DNA from: Eledone cirrhosa | Taxonomy: Eukaryota | NCBI GenBank assembly: GCA_964016885.1 | Contig: OZ024745.1 | Coordinates: forward strand, 29,450,001 to 29,514,000 | Direction of reading: 5' to 3' | Length of the DNA: 64,000 nucleotides | Shown: piece by piece, positions 13,361 to 27,813 of the stretch | Position numbering within the stretch: the stretch's first letter is position 1 | How the letters are laid out: each line of letters begins with the position of its first letter | Made by a program: the position numbers and the translations under genes | Notes under the pieces: model-generated | What the model was told of the DNA's origin: nothing | The model's database searches: none | What the model saw: the letters and a program-made list of their open reading frames with translations, nothing else

Positions 13361-13594
13361 AATATTTCCATTTTTCCTGATTTCCTTAAAAACTAAATAT
13401 CATATGATATAAAATAGCAATAAAAGAAAAGTAAAAAAAAAACTAAATAATCATCCTCCATTTTGTTCCTCCCAAATCTACCATAACCTCCCCACTATTC
13501 TCTTCTCCCATCCCATTACCACACCCCTGACAATTTGGTAATAACCAATAGGTAATATCTGGGATACCAATTTCTTTTCTGGGGCTGTTAGATT

Positions 13595-13852
13595 TTGTTG
13601 TTGTTGTTGGTGTTACTGTTATTATTGTTACTGTTGTTGTTGTTGTTAATACTGTTGCTGTTGCTACTGTTGTTGTTGTTGTTACTGTTGTTGTTGTTAT
13701 TATTGTTACTGTTGTTGTTGTTGTTACTGTTGCTGTTGTTACTGTTGCTGTTGTTACTGTTGTTGTTGTTACTGTTGTTGTTGTTGTTATTACTGTTGCT
13801 GTTATTACTGTTGCTGTTGTTACTGTTGCTGTTATTATTACTGTTGTTGTTA
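13595..13852. repeat. (GTT/GCT/ACT)n trinucleotide repeat
   Basis: Read directly; source of the poly-L, poly-N and poly-T ORFs. Confidence 0.95.
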
Positions 13853-14109
13853 ATGTCATCTCCCACCATCCTGCCCCCACCACTCCTCTTCCCTACCCAC
13901 CATCCTACCCACCACTCCTCTCCTCCACTCACCATTACTACCCCTACCCACAATCCCTATCCCCCACTCACCCCCACACACCTCGCCCCACCCCTATCCC
14001 CACCATCCACCCCCACCATTCATCTCTAGTTAATCTCTCACAAAACACTAATATTTTACTTTTCTTCTAAAACTAACAAAACTTTCGCTGTTTTTTATGT
14101 TTCAATATA

Positions 14110-14470
14110 TTTTACAAAGAAGAAGCTACCAAGGTAAAATATGAAACCTCTTCATCTAAGACTGAGTCTCGTCGGCCAGCTACATTTTTCAGCCTGTGGC
14201 TTTCGAGGAGGAGTTGGACCGCTGGCTGCTTGGTTCCTCTCTTCACTGGCGGCTCGCCTAATAGAGGTAACTGGCGAATGTTGCGAGGGCGCTTGGTTGT
14301 TCCAGCGCATTAGCCTCGCCATCACCCGAGGCAACGCTGCGAGTGTGCTGGCTTGCCTCAAATATCATTAGAGAGGTTGCCCGGTACTCCTCGCGACGCT
14401 GCTGTCTTTTGCTCTGGTGTTGGCTTCGTTGTTCAACCCTTCCTTTACATTTTCTTTAATATTGCAACAT
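14110..14470 (+). mobile_element. CRE-like (RLE) non-LTR retrotransposon 3' fragment
   Basis: GC-rich island encoding LFQRISLAITRGNAASVL, a C-terminal motif of CRE-type RLE elements. Confidence 0.6.
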
Positions 14471-14819
14471 TAAAAGAATATATCCTTCTGAAAGAATCGT
14501 GAGCAATTTATAATGTTATCTAAGCATTTGTAATATTATTTATGTATATATTTAAAACATATTTGTTATGTTATTCTACTGTAAATTTATTTATATGCTT
14601 TGTATAATAAATTTCCCACCAGCTATTCCACATCTGTAATTCTCGCAATTCTTCTTCCTCCTTGTTCTCATCATCATCATCAACAACACCACCATCACCA
14701 CCATTCAGTGGGATAGGGGTTCTCTCTGACAACTTGATGTGTGTTTGTGTGTGTGTGTAGGGGGTCTGTGAGTTATACCTGTAATTGAAAGGGCAAGCCT
14801 TGTCACATTTTGCTGTGAC

Positions 14820-15300
14820 ACCTACATGACCACTTTACAGCGTGGACTGGGGGCTGAGGTGGGGGAGGTAGATTTAGGGTGGGGGTTTAGAGACGGGGAT
14901 GGAGGTGGGGTGTTAGGACATGGGAAGTGTAAGGGGGAGGGACATGGATGAAGGGAGAGTGTTAAGACATGGAGGTGTCTGGAAGAGGCAGGGGAAAGTA
15001 GTGCATACAAGAGGTATGCTTCAACCCATGCACATGGGAAGTCTTCTGTATTACTGCATAATACCAGAGATCTCGATCCTGTGTCATTGCCTTTGAGAGG
15101 TGCAATTGTCCAAGGTCAGCTTTTATTACCTCAGTCTTTGGTCAGCTGTGCTATAACTGTGAACTTCATGACTCGGGCAATCAACGTGATGCCTTTATAG
15201 TTTTCTGTTTAGAACACCTCCTTTGCCCTTGTAGCAGTCAATGATGATGCTATGCCAGTCATTGGGTATGACACCTTTTTGTATTGCTTGGTTTACAATA
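14820..15300 (-). mobile_element. Decayed, internally deleted RTE fragment
   Basis: Patchy similarity to RTE copy 1 (16930-17170 and 18470-18620). Confidence 0.65.
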
Positions 15301-16728
15301 CATATACATTCATATTCATACATACATAAACACACACACATACATACTTACATAGATAAATATGCATTCATACATAGACATAAATATATGCACACATACA
15401 CACATAGACACATACAATCATATATACATACATACGTACATACATACAATCATATATACATACATACGTACATACACATACATATATATAGACACACATA
15501 CACACATAGACTCACATATATACACACATATATACACAACCATACATAGACACATAAATACACGCGTGAATACATATATGCATACTCACACACAGACACA
15601 CACACACACATATATATATACACATACATGTGTTTATGTGTGGATGTTTGTCTATATATTTGTGTGTATGTGCATGTGTGTATATGTGTACACGTTTGTA
15701 TGTGTATCTATGTGTGACTAAGTGTATGTCAAAGTAAGTAAAAAACGAAAGTGAAGCCGTATTTCTGAATTAAAATCAATGAGAAGTCATTGAGACGAAA
15801 CAAGACTGAAGTTAAACCGATTCTACCAAACTGAAACAGAAGAATTCCTATCTATGACACATAGACACTTCTCTTATATTTTATAATTTTACTTGTTTCA
15901 GTCAGTAGAATACGATCATGCTGGAACAATGCTTTAGATGAGTATATCAACCCCCAGTACTTTGTTTTCAAGTCTGGTAATTATTTTATTGTTATCTTTT
16001 TTGTTGAACCACTACATTACAGGACACACACATACATATATATGTACACATACACACACACACCTGCGCGTGCATACACACACATGCATATGTTTTTCAA
16101 ATAATTTTGTAACTATTCAAGAATTGGGAGAGATTTGGTGACATAACTTAGTTTCTCATTGTTTATTTGGAATTTAGAACTGAACTGAACAAATATTTAA
16201 AATAAAATTATGATTGAATGTTTTTAGATAAATATAAATACTTTAATCCTCTTCTTAACATATTTCTAATGAAAGACACTGCCTATTATTTTCAAAGCAC
16301 CCAACACTCACTGTAAAGTGGACGTGTAGGTGTCACGGAAAAAAAGCACCCAGCACTCACTGTTAATGAGGTTGGTGTTAGGAAGGGCATCCAGCTGTAG
16401 AAATCAAGCCAGAATCAGTTCTCGTCCCACCCTTGCAAGCAGGGAAAAGCAGACGTAAAATGATGATGATTCAAAATATAACTAATATTCTCAATATTAA
16501 GCTGATGTTTGGTGAATAACCTAACAAATATTCTTACATAAAATTGCTATGGAAGGGTTTTAGATGGATATAAACACTTTAACCCTTTTGTTGCCATATT
16601 TCCAGTGAAAGACACTGCCTATGATATTCAAATAATTTTGAAAATAATCGAGAATTTGGAAGTATTTAGTAATACAACAAACTTTCTCAACATTGAACTG
16701 TTGTCTGAAACATATATATATATATATA

Positions 16729-19700
16729 TCATCATCTCATCATCATCTTCGTTTAACGTCCATTTTCCACGCTAGCATGGGTTAGACGGGAGTTGTCCAA
16801 CTTGAGGCAAGGCTGGTCGGGTGACCGTGTCTCGCTCATATAGAACTATCTGGCAGGTTTTCTACGGCTGGATGCCCTTCCTAACACCAACCACATTTAC
16901 AGTGTGGAACTGAGAACTTTTTACCGTGGTACCTACATGGCCACATTACAGCGTGGACTGTGTGTGTTTTTTTTGTCGTGACACCTACATGATCTCGATC
17001 TCATTTTCTCGTGCTGTTGGTGGGAGTGGGAGGATAGGGTAGGGGTAGTGGATTGGGGTGTATATTTGGTTAAGAGGTGCCTACTGACTATAGGTTTTGC
17101 TTTGTACATAGGCAAGGTGCGTCTTCTGTATTACTGCGTAGCACCAAAGATCTCGGTCCAGAGACACTGTCTTAGAGAGATGTAAGTGTGTAAGGTTGGA
17201 ATTTATCAGATCATCCCAGATTTTTCTGGGTCTACCTACTCCATAACTACCATCAATTTTGATCGCCCTGCACTTTTTTATGCAGCTGTCGTCTTTCATG
17301 CGCATCACGTGACCATACCAACTTAGTCTTCTCTCGAGTAAACAGCATCTGATCCCTCTTATTCCTAATTTCTCACTTAGTTCATTTATGCTTTGCCGTT
17401 CAAGTATATTACTATTACACATCCAACGGAACATGCATGCTTCGTTCCTTTCCAGTCTACGCAGGTCCTTTGCACGTAATGCCCATGTCTCACTACCATG
17501 TAGCATTGCTGTTCGTATACAGGCATCATACAATCTGCCTTTCATTTTTAGAGAGAACCCTTTAGCGGCCAATAGTGGTATAAGCTCTCTCAACTTTTTC
17601 CATCCCGTTCTGACTCTAGCTACTGTACTTTCAGAACACCCTCCACCACTGCTGATTTTGTCACCCAGGTAATGGAAAGTGTCCACTATTTCTATAGAAC
17701 CATCTGGGCAATGGAAGGAGCTAGTATCCTTTGGACACTTGCTACTTATTGCACCTGATCATTGGCCACATATAAAGTCTACGTTCTTAGATAGTTTACC
17801 TGTGATTCCACTACATCTTTTATGTACCCATACTTTGCATTTGGGACATAAAATGGAATTTCTGCCTATTCCTTTCCTACTCACTGAGCATGGCCATTTC
17901 CTTGAGGGCACCTGTTCCCTATTTTCCTTTCTACAAACTAGAACTTTAGTCTTAGACAAGTTAACTTTAAGGCCTTTTGATTCTAGGCCATGCTTCCATG
18001 TTTCGAATTTCTTCTCTAGTTCAGCCATTGATTCAGCTATGAGCGTTAGATCATCTGTGTATAGGAGTTCCCATGGGCAGCTGGTCTTGAACTCCTCTGT
18101 TATAGCCTGAAGGGCAATAATAAATAAGAGGGGGCTAAGGAAAGAGCCTTGATGAACGCCAACTTTTACACTAAATTCTTCACAATATTCATTGTTAATT
18201 CTAACCTTACTGACTGTTTCATTATACATAGCTTGTATAGCTCTCAAAAGCCATTCATCTACACCTAGTTTTCTAAGAGCCCACCAGATAATGGAGCAGG
18301 GGACTCTGTCTCTCCAGGTCTACAAAAGCTAAGTAGAGGGGTTTACTTTTAGCTAGGTACTTCTCTTGTAGTTGTCGTACAAGGAAAAGAGCGTCTGTGG
18401 TACTTTTACCTGGCACAAACCCAAACTACATTTCATCTAGATCAATTCGCTCTCTGATTAGTTACACTATAACTCTTTCTGTGACCTTCATGACCTGGTC
18501 AACTAACTTAATGCCTCTATAGTTTCCCCTATCTAGAGCATCCCCTTTACCCTTGTAGCAGTTAATGATGATGCTGCTACGCCAGTCTTTCGGTATGACC
18601 CCATTCTGTATTACTTGGTTAACTATACGGGTGACCATAGTGTGTCCCACCATACCAGATGCCTTCAACATCTCAGCAACTATCTCCGAAGGCCCAGCTG
18701 CCTTGCCTGTCTTCATATCTTTGATTGCCTTACGTATTATACTACCTTTAACTTGCACCTCTGGTCCTTCTATTGGATCGATTTGGGGCAGACTATCTTT
18801 TTCCCATTTATTCTCCTCATTTAATAGTCTCTCGTAGTGACACTTCCAGGCTATCTTCTTATCAGTATCAGTGAGCGCAAGTACACCATTATCATTATGG
18901 ACACACTTCTCTCCGACAATATCACGGTTTTCCTTGACACATTGTCTAGCAATCCTGAACATCTCACATTTTTGGTCCTCACGTTGCAGAACATGCTTGA
19001 ACTTTCTATCCTCTGCTACCCTTTTTGCAAGGTACACTTGTCTCCTAGCTTCTCTCCTGGCCACTTGATAGTGCTCTCTACTTCCCCCATACTGCCATGC
19101 TTTCCAAGCCTGCTTTTTGGCCTTGATTGTCTCGTCCACCTTACTGTTCCATCACCAAGTTACTCTCCTCCTGCCTATAGGTCTGCTCCAGCCACAGATT
19201 TCATCCGTTGCTTTCAGCAGGTTCACTTTCAAGAATTGCCACTGTTCCTCTATATTGCACGTCTTTAATTGCTCTTCCTTATTGTCAAAGGCATCAAGTA
19301 ATAAGCTTTTAAATTTGTCACTGGCTATGGGGTCCTTCAACTTCCATATTCTTCTCCTCAAGGTAGGCCTCCTCTGTCGTCGAGTACGTCTATTCCTGAC
19401 TATGAGGTCACTAACTACTAGGCTATGTTGGGAGGTGCATTCTTCATGGGGGAGGGAGGGATTTAGTGTTTACAACAGACATTTTGTCCTGTCTTCTAGT
19501 AAGGATATAATCTATCTGGCTGGCGTGTTCCCCTGATCTATAGGTGATCAAGTGGTTTTCACGTTTTTTGAAGTTTGTGTTACAGATAGTTAGGCTTTGC
19601 GTCACAGAATTCCAGGATTTTGAAGCCCTCCTCATTTCTATTTCCAACCCCATAGCCTCCATGGATTCTATCATAGCCATCACTATGTTGTCCAACGTGA

Positions 19701-20420
19701 CCGTTTAGATCACCAGCAATAATTAAGTAGTCACTATCGGTTATTTGGGAGATAGTGTGCATTAGCATCTCATAGAACCTGTCCTTTATAACATCAGGTA
19801 GACCAGGTTGGGGTGCATAAGCAGATATTATTGTCACAGTAGTTCTATTTAGAACTAGTCTTAATTCAATTATTCTGTCATTCACTCTATTTACGTCAAT
19901 TACCTTATCTACCCATTTTTCAGCTAACATAATTCCTACACCACCCTGTATGAATCTGGCAGACCCCACCCTCTCCACCTAGTCTCTTTAATACAACAAA
20001 CATCAACTTCTTTACGTTCAAGCATCTCTACAACCTCATTTGAGCGACCTTTCAATGTGCCTACGTTCATGGTACCAACTCTAAAGTTGTGAGGATGGGA
20101 TGGATGGGTTGGAGGGGCAGGGAGGGGTGTGGGAGACGGGATTTTGTTGGTCATCTGTGTCTTAAATAAAGAGGGGTCCTTGTATTCTCGTCTTGCAGCA
20201 GGAGTTGAATTTATCTTTATCTGTGACATTGTCATTGAGTGCTTAGACTTTTCAAATTTCCGCAGTCAACCCATCAAACAGGTCTAAACTTAAGGAGTAG
20301 TAACCGGGGTGGTAGCTTTGCTATACTGATTTGTTAGAGAACTTACTAAAGTCGCTGAGTTATGATTGGACCATATAGCAATGGTGGTGTGTGGGGGTGG
20401 GAGGGCGGGAAATGGGTGAC
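16729..20420 (-). mobile_element. RTE LINE copy 1, near full length, frameshifted
   Basis: [62 protein letters not shown]. Cys-rich insert, 3'UTR and (GAT)n tail abutting (TA)n. Confidence 0.93.
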
Positions 20421-21054
20421 TTTAGGAGTTTAGTTTTTAGGAAAGGTCCAACAGATTTAGACATATTAAAAACATAATAATTTAAAATCAGAGAGGAAAA
20501 CGGAGAATTTGAATTTTAGAGTGGTATAAATAAGATTTTAAAAACACTGCTTAATTGAGGAGACTACAGAAACAAAGAAAAGACAGGTTTTGCTTACATT
20601 CTCAAAATTGACAGATCGCCCTTAAGATAGATTAGATAGATAAATTCTGTCGTTGGAAGCCAGCAAGATTTATTTTATACTTGCAATCAGGCGGGGGCGG
20701 GGGGGGGGGGAGGGGGAGAGAGAAGGAGCAAAGTGTGTATACATATACACTTATGTATGTGTATGTATGTATATTTGTGCGTAATTTTGGGTACGTGTAT
20801 GTGCATGTGTGTGTGTGTGCGCATGCGTGAGTGCTAGAACACATGTATATGTGTGTGTTTGTATTTGCATGTAGTTGCACATATACTTATGTGTGAACGT
20901 ATAAGTTTACGTATATGCGTGAGTTTGTGCTTCTTTATGTATTTTTTATTTTAATTTTCCCCCCTTTGCATTTCGTCCGTTATTTTATTTCAGCCTCACT
21001 TTCATTTATCCTAGACTCTGTTTTGAAATCCATACCTCACTTCTATTTTAATAA

Positions 21055-21119
21055 ATTTCATTCTGACGATTGAAGGCAGACGTATGTACCAAGCTCATGA
21101 AACCTTTGGTAAATGAAAT
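21055..21119 (+). ncRNA. Type I hammerhead ribozyme
   Basis: Perfect stem I atttcatt/aatgaaat, CTGACGA 21063-21069, stem II tga...tca above a U-U pair, GAAA 21099-21102, stem III cc-ttt-gg, GUA site at 21111. Confidence 0.8.
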
Positions 21120-22398
21120 AATTATCTTATGTTGTTTATTACATAACAACTCTTCTTATATAGAATTATGGTGGAAGATTTTTTAGATAAATACAAATAT
21201 ACTTTATTTCTTTTGTTACCATATTTTTCAAATAATTTGGAAATTAATAACAAATTTAAAGTGATTTAGTAATATAACTAACATTCTCATTATTAAACTA
21301 ATGTTTTGAACATAATTTAACAAATGTTTTGATATAAAATTATGGTGGAAGGTTTTATATAAACATAAACACTTTAAGAAACCAGTTTTGTATTTGGATA
21401 AGCCCTTTCAGTTAAAACATCTGCTGAAGACACACACACAGAGGCGCGTGCACACACACACGTGCACACACACACACACATAGTCACAGACACATACACA
21501 GAGTAGGTAGAAAGGATCAGAGGCAGTACAAAGAAACAAGTGTTTAAAAATCAATAAATTAGATGGATTAAAGGAACACAATAATGTTGTATCAAAAGTA
21601 AAAGTGAAAGTAATAATGTTGGTTAATCAGATTACAGCTCTACAGAGATGAAAACAACAACAACAAACAAAATAATGGAAAAACATATTGGCTGTTATAG
21701 AAATAAATAGGAGTTTTAATATAATTATTCTAATTAGTTATGTTAATTAACTTGTGTAACTTAACTAAATGATAACAACTGGAGGGAAAACAAAAGAAAA
21801 CACGAAGAAAATAGTGACAGCCTCCCACCTGTGGGTATAGGTATGGCTGTGAAGCAAACGAGTTTGTTTTGCAACCATATGGTTTTGGTTTCAGTGTTAT
21901 ATATATATGGGTTGAGAAGAACCTTCAGTTGTGTCACAGCACAACAACCTCTCTAGTGTTGGTGATCATCATGATAAACACACCCAGTATATGCTATAAA
22001 GTGGTTGGTGATAAGAAGGGCATCCAACCATAGAAAAGTTGTCAAACAAAGGGTTGAAAGGACCCTTCAGTTGTGTCAAAGACATGACAACCTCCCTAAT
22101 GTTAGTGATCTATCTACACGATAAATGCACCCAGTACATGCTGTCAAGTGGTTGGTGATAGGAAGGGCATCAAGCCATAGAAAACTTGCCAAACAAAGGG
22201 TTGGGAGGACCTGTTAGTTGCATTAAAGACATGACAACCCCTCTTGTGAAGGTGCATTTGGTTGAGATTGAATGTGAGATGAACAGCCCATTACCTGTCT
22301 GAGAGTTCAGTAGCCTCACTTCAATACTGACATGGGCTATGAAGACAGGTCCAATACATGCTAGCAGGGAGAACGGATGTTTATCGATGATGATGATG

Positions 22399-22429
<31 letters not shown>

Positions 22430-22475
22430 AAAGATAAATAACAACACAATCGGTACAGTATATGGAAGGGATATA

Positions 22476-22543
22476 TTAGGTTAACGCGTGATATAGCAGG
22501 AAGAGGGTCTTAACATTTTAGACGCTAGTCCTTCATCAGAAGA
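22476..22543 (-). ncRNA. Degenerate minimal hammerhead, same family as 4275-4342
   Basis: Minus strand reads tctt-CTGATGA-a-ggac-tagc-gtct-AAAA-tg-TT-aaga (G12 to A). Confidence 0.55.
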
Positions 22544-22877
22544 AAGAATGAGAAATAAGATAGATTGATGGGACGGGCGGGATGGAATTGGAAAAAATGT
22601 CTTTAGATTAGTCATATATATCATCACCATTACCATGAGTGTGTATGTCTGTGTATATTTTGTGTGGGGGCCCATGTGTGTGTATGTGTGTGTGTGTGTT
22701 TGTTTATGCCAGTGTTTATGTTTGTGACTGTGTCTGTAACTTAGCCCAGCAGTTCGACACAAAAAAGTTTGATAAAACTGAAAACCCCTCGATGGTGGTG
22801 TTGCAGCATGGTCGCAGTCTAATGACTGAAACAATGTGAAATAATAAAAAAATATATATATATATGTGTGTGAGAGA

Positions 22878-23140
22878 GGAGACTGCGGTGGTATGGACAT
22901 GTGATGCGCATGGAGGATGACCGATGGGTGAAGAAGTGCCAGGAAATGCCAGTTGAAGGAAGACGTGGTAGAGGTAGACCACGAAAAACATGGGCGGAGG
23001 TGGTGAGAACAGACCTCAGATCGCTGAAGCTCACGGTGGAGATGACGAAGGACCGTGACAAGTGGAGAGATGCTATGCTGAATAAGATCCGTCCCACTCT
23101 TGCAAGCAGGGAAAAGCGGACGTAAAATGATGATGATGAT
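22878..23140 (+). mobile_element. 5'-truncated RTE 3' end with (GAT)n tail
   Basis: LRWYGHVMRMEDD...GRGRPRKTW, then gggaaaagcggacgtaaaatgatgat. Confidence 0.85.
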
Positions 23141-23711
23141 ATATAAAAAATAAAAGAATACAGGAACACAAGAATAGAAGAATTGTTAGATTAAAGAACG
23201 GCAGACATTGAGACGATGGAATTGGTTGTGTTAGCTGAGAGGGATCACTACATAACAAAACGCATAAAAAAATTGCGATACTGTAGGGCTGGTGGGGGTG
23301 GGGTGATTCAATACACATCTACTGGAAACTGCTATGGAATCGGTAAAGGTAGGTTTATAAAAATGTGTTAAAGAACACACAATGGATCAATAGAAATTTG
23401 TACAGCAGAACATGAGAGATTAAAATAAAAAGAGGAATAGTGTTTCCATTTTCAGGAGGCAATATACAGAGTAGAAAAACACACAGCCAATATAGAAATG
23501 CACTGATAGAATATACAAATAGAATACAGAATACAATAGACAAACTCATGTATACAAATGCACATATACATTTACACATACATATACATATAAACATATA
23601 CATACACACACACATACAGATGTAACTCACAGGTATAATACAACAGACATGTTTACTAAATAACTATGATGAGACAAACATTGAAGAGAGACATGTGTAT
23701 ATATATATATA

Positions 23712-24038
23712 TGGAGGCACATGGCTTAGTGGTTAGAGCATTGGACTTGCAATCGAAAGGTTGTGAGTTCAATTCTCAGACCGGGTGATGTGTTGTTTCC
23801 TTGAGCAAGACACTTTATTTCACATTGCTCCAGTTTACTGTAGAAATGAGATGATAGGACTGGGGTCTATATCATTCCACTGCAAAGTGGTCGTGGAGGT
23901 GCCACGGCAAAAAAGCACCCAGCACTCGCTGTAAATGAGGTTGGTGTTAGGAAGGGCATCCAGCTGTAGAAATCAAGCCAGAATCAGTTCCCGTCCCACT
24001 CTTGCAAGCAGGGAAAAGCGGACATAAAATGAAATGAA
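23712..24038 (+). mobile_element. CORE-type tRNA-SINE family B with RTE-derived 3' end
   Basis: A box TGGCTTAGTGG, B box GAGTTCAATTC, CORE-like CCTTGAGCAAGACACTTTA. The 3' part is shared with the RTE 3'UTR; inserted in (TA)n. Confidence 0.85.
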
Positions 24039-24281
24039 ATGATATATATGTATGTATGTATATATATATATATATGTATATGTATATGTATATATACATA
24101 TATATATATGTATATATATATATATATGTATATGTATATATGTATATATATGTATATGTATATATTTATATATATATATTTATATATATGTATATATACA
24201 TATATATATATATTTATAAAATATATATATATAAATGGCTTCTACAGAACTAGAACTGTTTCATTCAAAGGAAATCATTTG

Positions 24282-24333
24282 GGCTTTCCTGATGATTTCC
24301 TTTGAATGAAACAGTTCTCGTGCTGTAGAAGCC
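24282..24333 (+). ncRNA. Type I hammerhead inside a 105-bp inverted repeat (24233-24337)
   Basis: ggctttc-CTGATGA(24289-24295)-t-ttc-cttt-gaa-t-GAAA-cag-ttctcgtg-ctg-TA-gaagcc. Confidence 0.75.
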
Positions 24334-24407
24334 ATTTCTACTCTACTACGTATTGAGTACCTTACTTACTGTGGTTACTCCAGATTGAGCCCAGGAAACA
24401 CACACAC

Positions 24408-24453
<46 letters not shown>

Positions 24454-24519
24454 ATTGACGAATGTGAGAAAAAATACTCAATACTGAAGTAGAGTTTACA
24501 TATATATATATAATATATT

Positions 24520-24563
<44 letters not shown>

Positions 24564-24670
24564 CGTGTGTGTATGTGTATGTGCGTGTGTATGTGAAAAA
24601 AAGAGAGGGAGAGAGATATACAAAAAAATAAAAGAATAAAGAGACACAGAAGAATAGAGAAGTGCAGATA

Positions 24671-24714
<44 letters not shown>

Positions 24715-25111
24715 GGCAGGAGAGAGAGAGAGGGAGTGAGAGAGAGGTGGGAGAGAGAGGCAGGAGAGAGGGGGGGGAGAGATTGGGAAAGAGATAGAAT
24801 TTTTAAGGAACACAAATATTTGTGTTGCTTCAAAGACTTGGAAGCTAGAAGAAGAAATGGAAGGATATTTAATCATGTCACATGAGCAATAACTATATAG
24901 CAGACATGATGTTGCCTTTGAAGTGGCAGAAAAGAGCAAATAGGGGGAAATATGGTGGAACTGGGGGAAGCGAGGCGGGGAGGCATGGTAGAATGGTGAT
25001 TAGGATGAGGGAGGGGGGTATTGAGGAGTAAAGAGACATCCTTACTTTTGAACCTCCATCTTGATTAACTACTTTGTTTTTTTTTGTGACCATATTTCTA
25101 ATGAAATGTAT

Positions 25112-25580
25112 TCATTGCCATCATCATCATTGTCATCATCATCATTGTCATCATCATCATTGTCATCATCATCATTGTCATCATCATCATTGTCATCATC
25201 ATCATTGTCATCATCATCATTGTCATCATCATCATTGTCATCATCATCATTGCCATCATCATCATTGTCATCATCATCATTGTCATCATCATCATTGCCA
25301 TCATCATCATTGTCATCATCATCATTGTCATCATCATCATTGTCATCATCATCATTGTCATCATCATCATTGTCATCATCATCATTGCCATCATCATCAT
25401 TGTCATCATCATCATTGTCATCATCATCATTGCCATCATCATCATTGTCATCATCATCATTGTCATCATCATCATTGTCATCATCATCATTGCCATCATC
25501 ATCATTGTCATCATCATCATTGCCATCATCATCATTGTCATCATCATCATTGTCATCATCATCATTGTTGTCATCATCAT
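25112..25580. repeat. 15-bp tandem array (TGTCATCATCATCAT)n, about 30 units
   Basis: Read directly; followed by degenerate CAT/CAC repeats to about 25930. Confidence 0.95.
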
Positions 25581-25891
25581 CAACATCAACATCAACAGCC
25601 ACATTATAATCATCACCATCACCATCATTATCATTATCATCCTCACTATCACCATCACCATCGCCATTGCTATCTCATCATCATCATCATCATCATCACC
25701 ACCACAATTTCCACCATCACCATCATCATCACAATCACCATCATCATCACCACCACAATTTCCACCATCACCATCACCACCACAATTTCCACCATCACCA
25801 TCATCATCACAATCACCATCATTATCATCATTATCATCATCACCATCACTATCATCATTATCATCATCACTACCATCACCACCATCTCTGC

Positions 25892-25923
<32 letters not shown>

Positions 25924-26219
25924 CCATCATTACCTCCGGGCTGGTATCAAAAGGGTTAACTTCAGATGTTGTTTAACCCTAGGTCAGTCCTCATTCTACA
26001 GGTCTATGAGAAGGGTATTCCATCCATGCCCACACTGTTGATTACTATCACGAGGTAATTTAACTAGTGTTCTAACCCTTTAACTTGTGTGGTTTTGTTT
26101 CATAGAACCAGGGCCAGCTTTGGCCTGGTTGGCATCAAAGGGAGTTAATGAGGTAATTACACATCACTCTCACCCTCATCACCCTCATCAACACCACCAT
26201 CACCATCATCACTATCAGC

Positions 26220-26379
26220 TAATGTTCCCCCTCCATACACATACACACATGTATACCATGACTCATACACTATTCATTTCCCTGACATTTGTGTATTATT
26301 CTATGTACTATACATACACCTTTGACGAGTTGTAGTGCACCTGAGCACTTTACACAATAATTTCATTATTATTATTATT
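26220..26379 (+). mobile_element. CR1 3'UTR fragment
   Basis: Closely matches 10258-10420, including the ATT tail. Confidence 0.85.
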
Positions 26380-27769
26380 ATCAGCAACATATCACCCTCA
26401 ACATCATCATCATCATCACCGCCATCACCATCATCACTATCAGCAACACATCACCATCATCATCATTACCACTATGACCATGATCATCAGCATCACCACC
26501 ACCATCATCACCATAAACTAACAGTAAAGCCCAATACAGATTCTACGGCATTACTACAAGTTCACAATAAACTTGATTGGTTGATACCAGAAGGTTTAAC
26601 ATCAGTCAGCAATCAACTTTCACAGGAAATGGTAAACACAGTAATGGTGAAAGAACAGAGACTACCTGTATCTTGTTATTGAATGGAGACAATCGGTTGG
26701 GCCAAACTCTCTTGTGCCGGTGCAATAATAAAACATGATAACCTACCTAGTGTTAGTGATATACACACCTACTACATTCTCCTGTGTCATAAACATGATA
26801 ACTCTGTAAAGTGTCATCATCATCATCATCATTTAATAACTGCTTGATGGTCAGGAGCTGTGTCTTGTTTACATTTCTACAGTTTACAGAGTGTACTGGG
26901 TGTGATTTAGCATGGCACTAACATTAGAGAGGTTGGGATATCTTTGAAAAAGCTGTAAAGTCCTCTCAACCTTCTGTTTGGCAATTTTGACATGTTTAGT
27001 TGAGGAAGGAGGGTAGTAAGAAGGTACACATCATTTCAATTAATTAAGGAAGAATTTGGGAGGATTTACTAAAAGTAATAATTATTTCATTACTCTTTGT
27101 CACTGTATTTCTAATGAAATACACACATTTTAATTAGTTAATGAAGAACTTTGAGAGATTTAATTAGTTCATTACTAAGATCTGGTTGAGATACTTAAAA
27201 TATGGTTCTTATATAAAATTCTAATTTAAATAGGAACTCTTTAAAATAGTTTCACAGAACCAGAATCAGTTTTCACTGGACCGGTGCCAAAAGGGTCAAC
27301 TTCAGATGTTGTTGTTTAGCCCTAGGTCAGTCCTCATTCTACAGGTCTATGAGAAGGGTATTCCATCCATGCCCACACTGTTGATTACTATCAAGAGGTA
27401 ATTTAAATGGTGTTCTTATATTAATCCTTTAACTTGTGTGGTTTTGTTTCATAGAACCAGAGCCAGCTTTGGCCAGGCTGGTATCAGAGGGAGTTAATGA
27501 GGGATTTACAAATTTTTTAAAATTATTTCACTACTAAGATAGTAATTTAATATATGTTTCTGATATAAAACATTATGCCTGCAGTATCAGCCTTTGCATT
27601 TTTTAACTTTATACATAGTGTATATAGTGTATAACTTTATACATAGTGTATATAGTGTATAACTTTATACATAGTGTATATAGTGTATATATATATGTAT
27701 AAGTTTAAGTATGTAGAATATATATATGAGCTGCAATAACACTGGTACCAAGTTGAGAAGGTAGATTGG

Positions 27770-27813
<44 letters not shown>

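Noticed and set aside
20240-20460. HDV-like ribozyme in the RTE 5'UTR
   Set aside because: Such ribozymes are known in some RTEs, but I could not build the nested double pseudoknot here.
23712-23785. tRNA gene
   Set aside because: The A/B boxes continue into a SINE body present in many copies; no complete cloverleaf.
25061-25976. ORFs encoding (CHHHH)n, (NDDDD)n or poly-Ser
   Set aside because: Translations of a 15-bp microsatellite-derived array open in several frames; no gene structure evidence.
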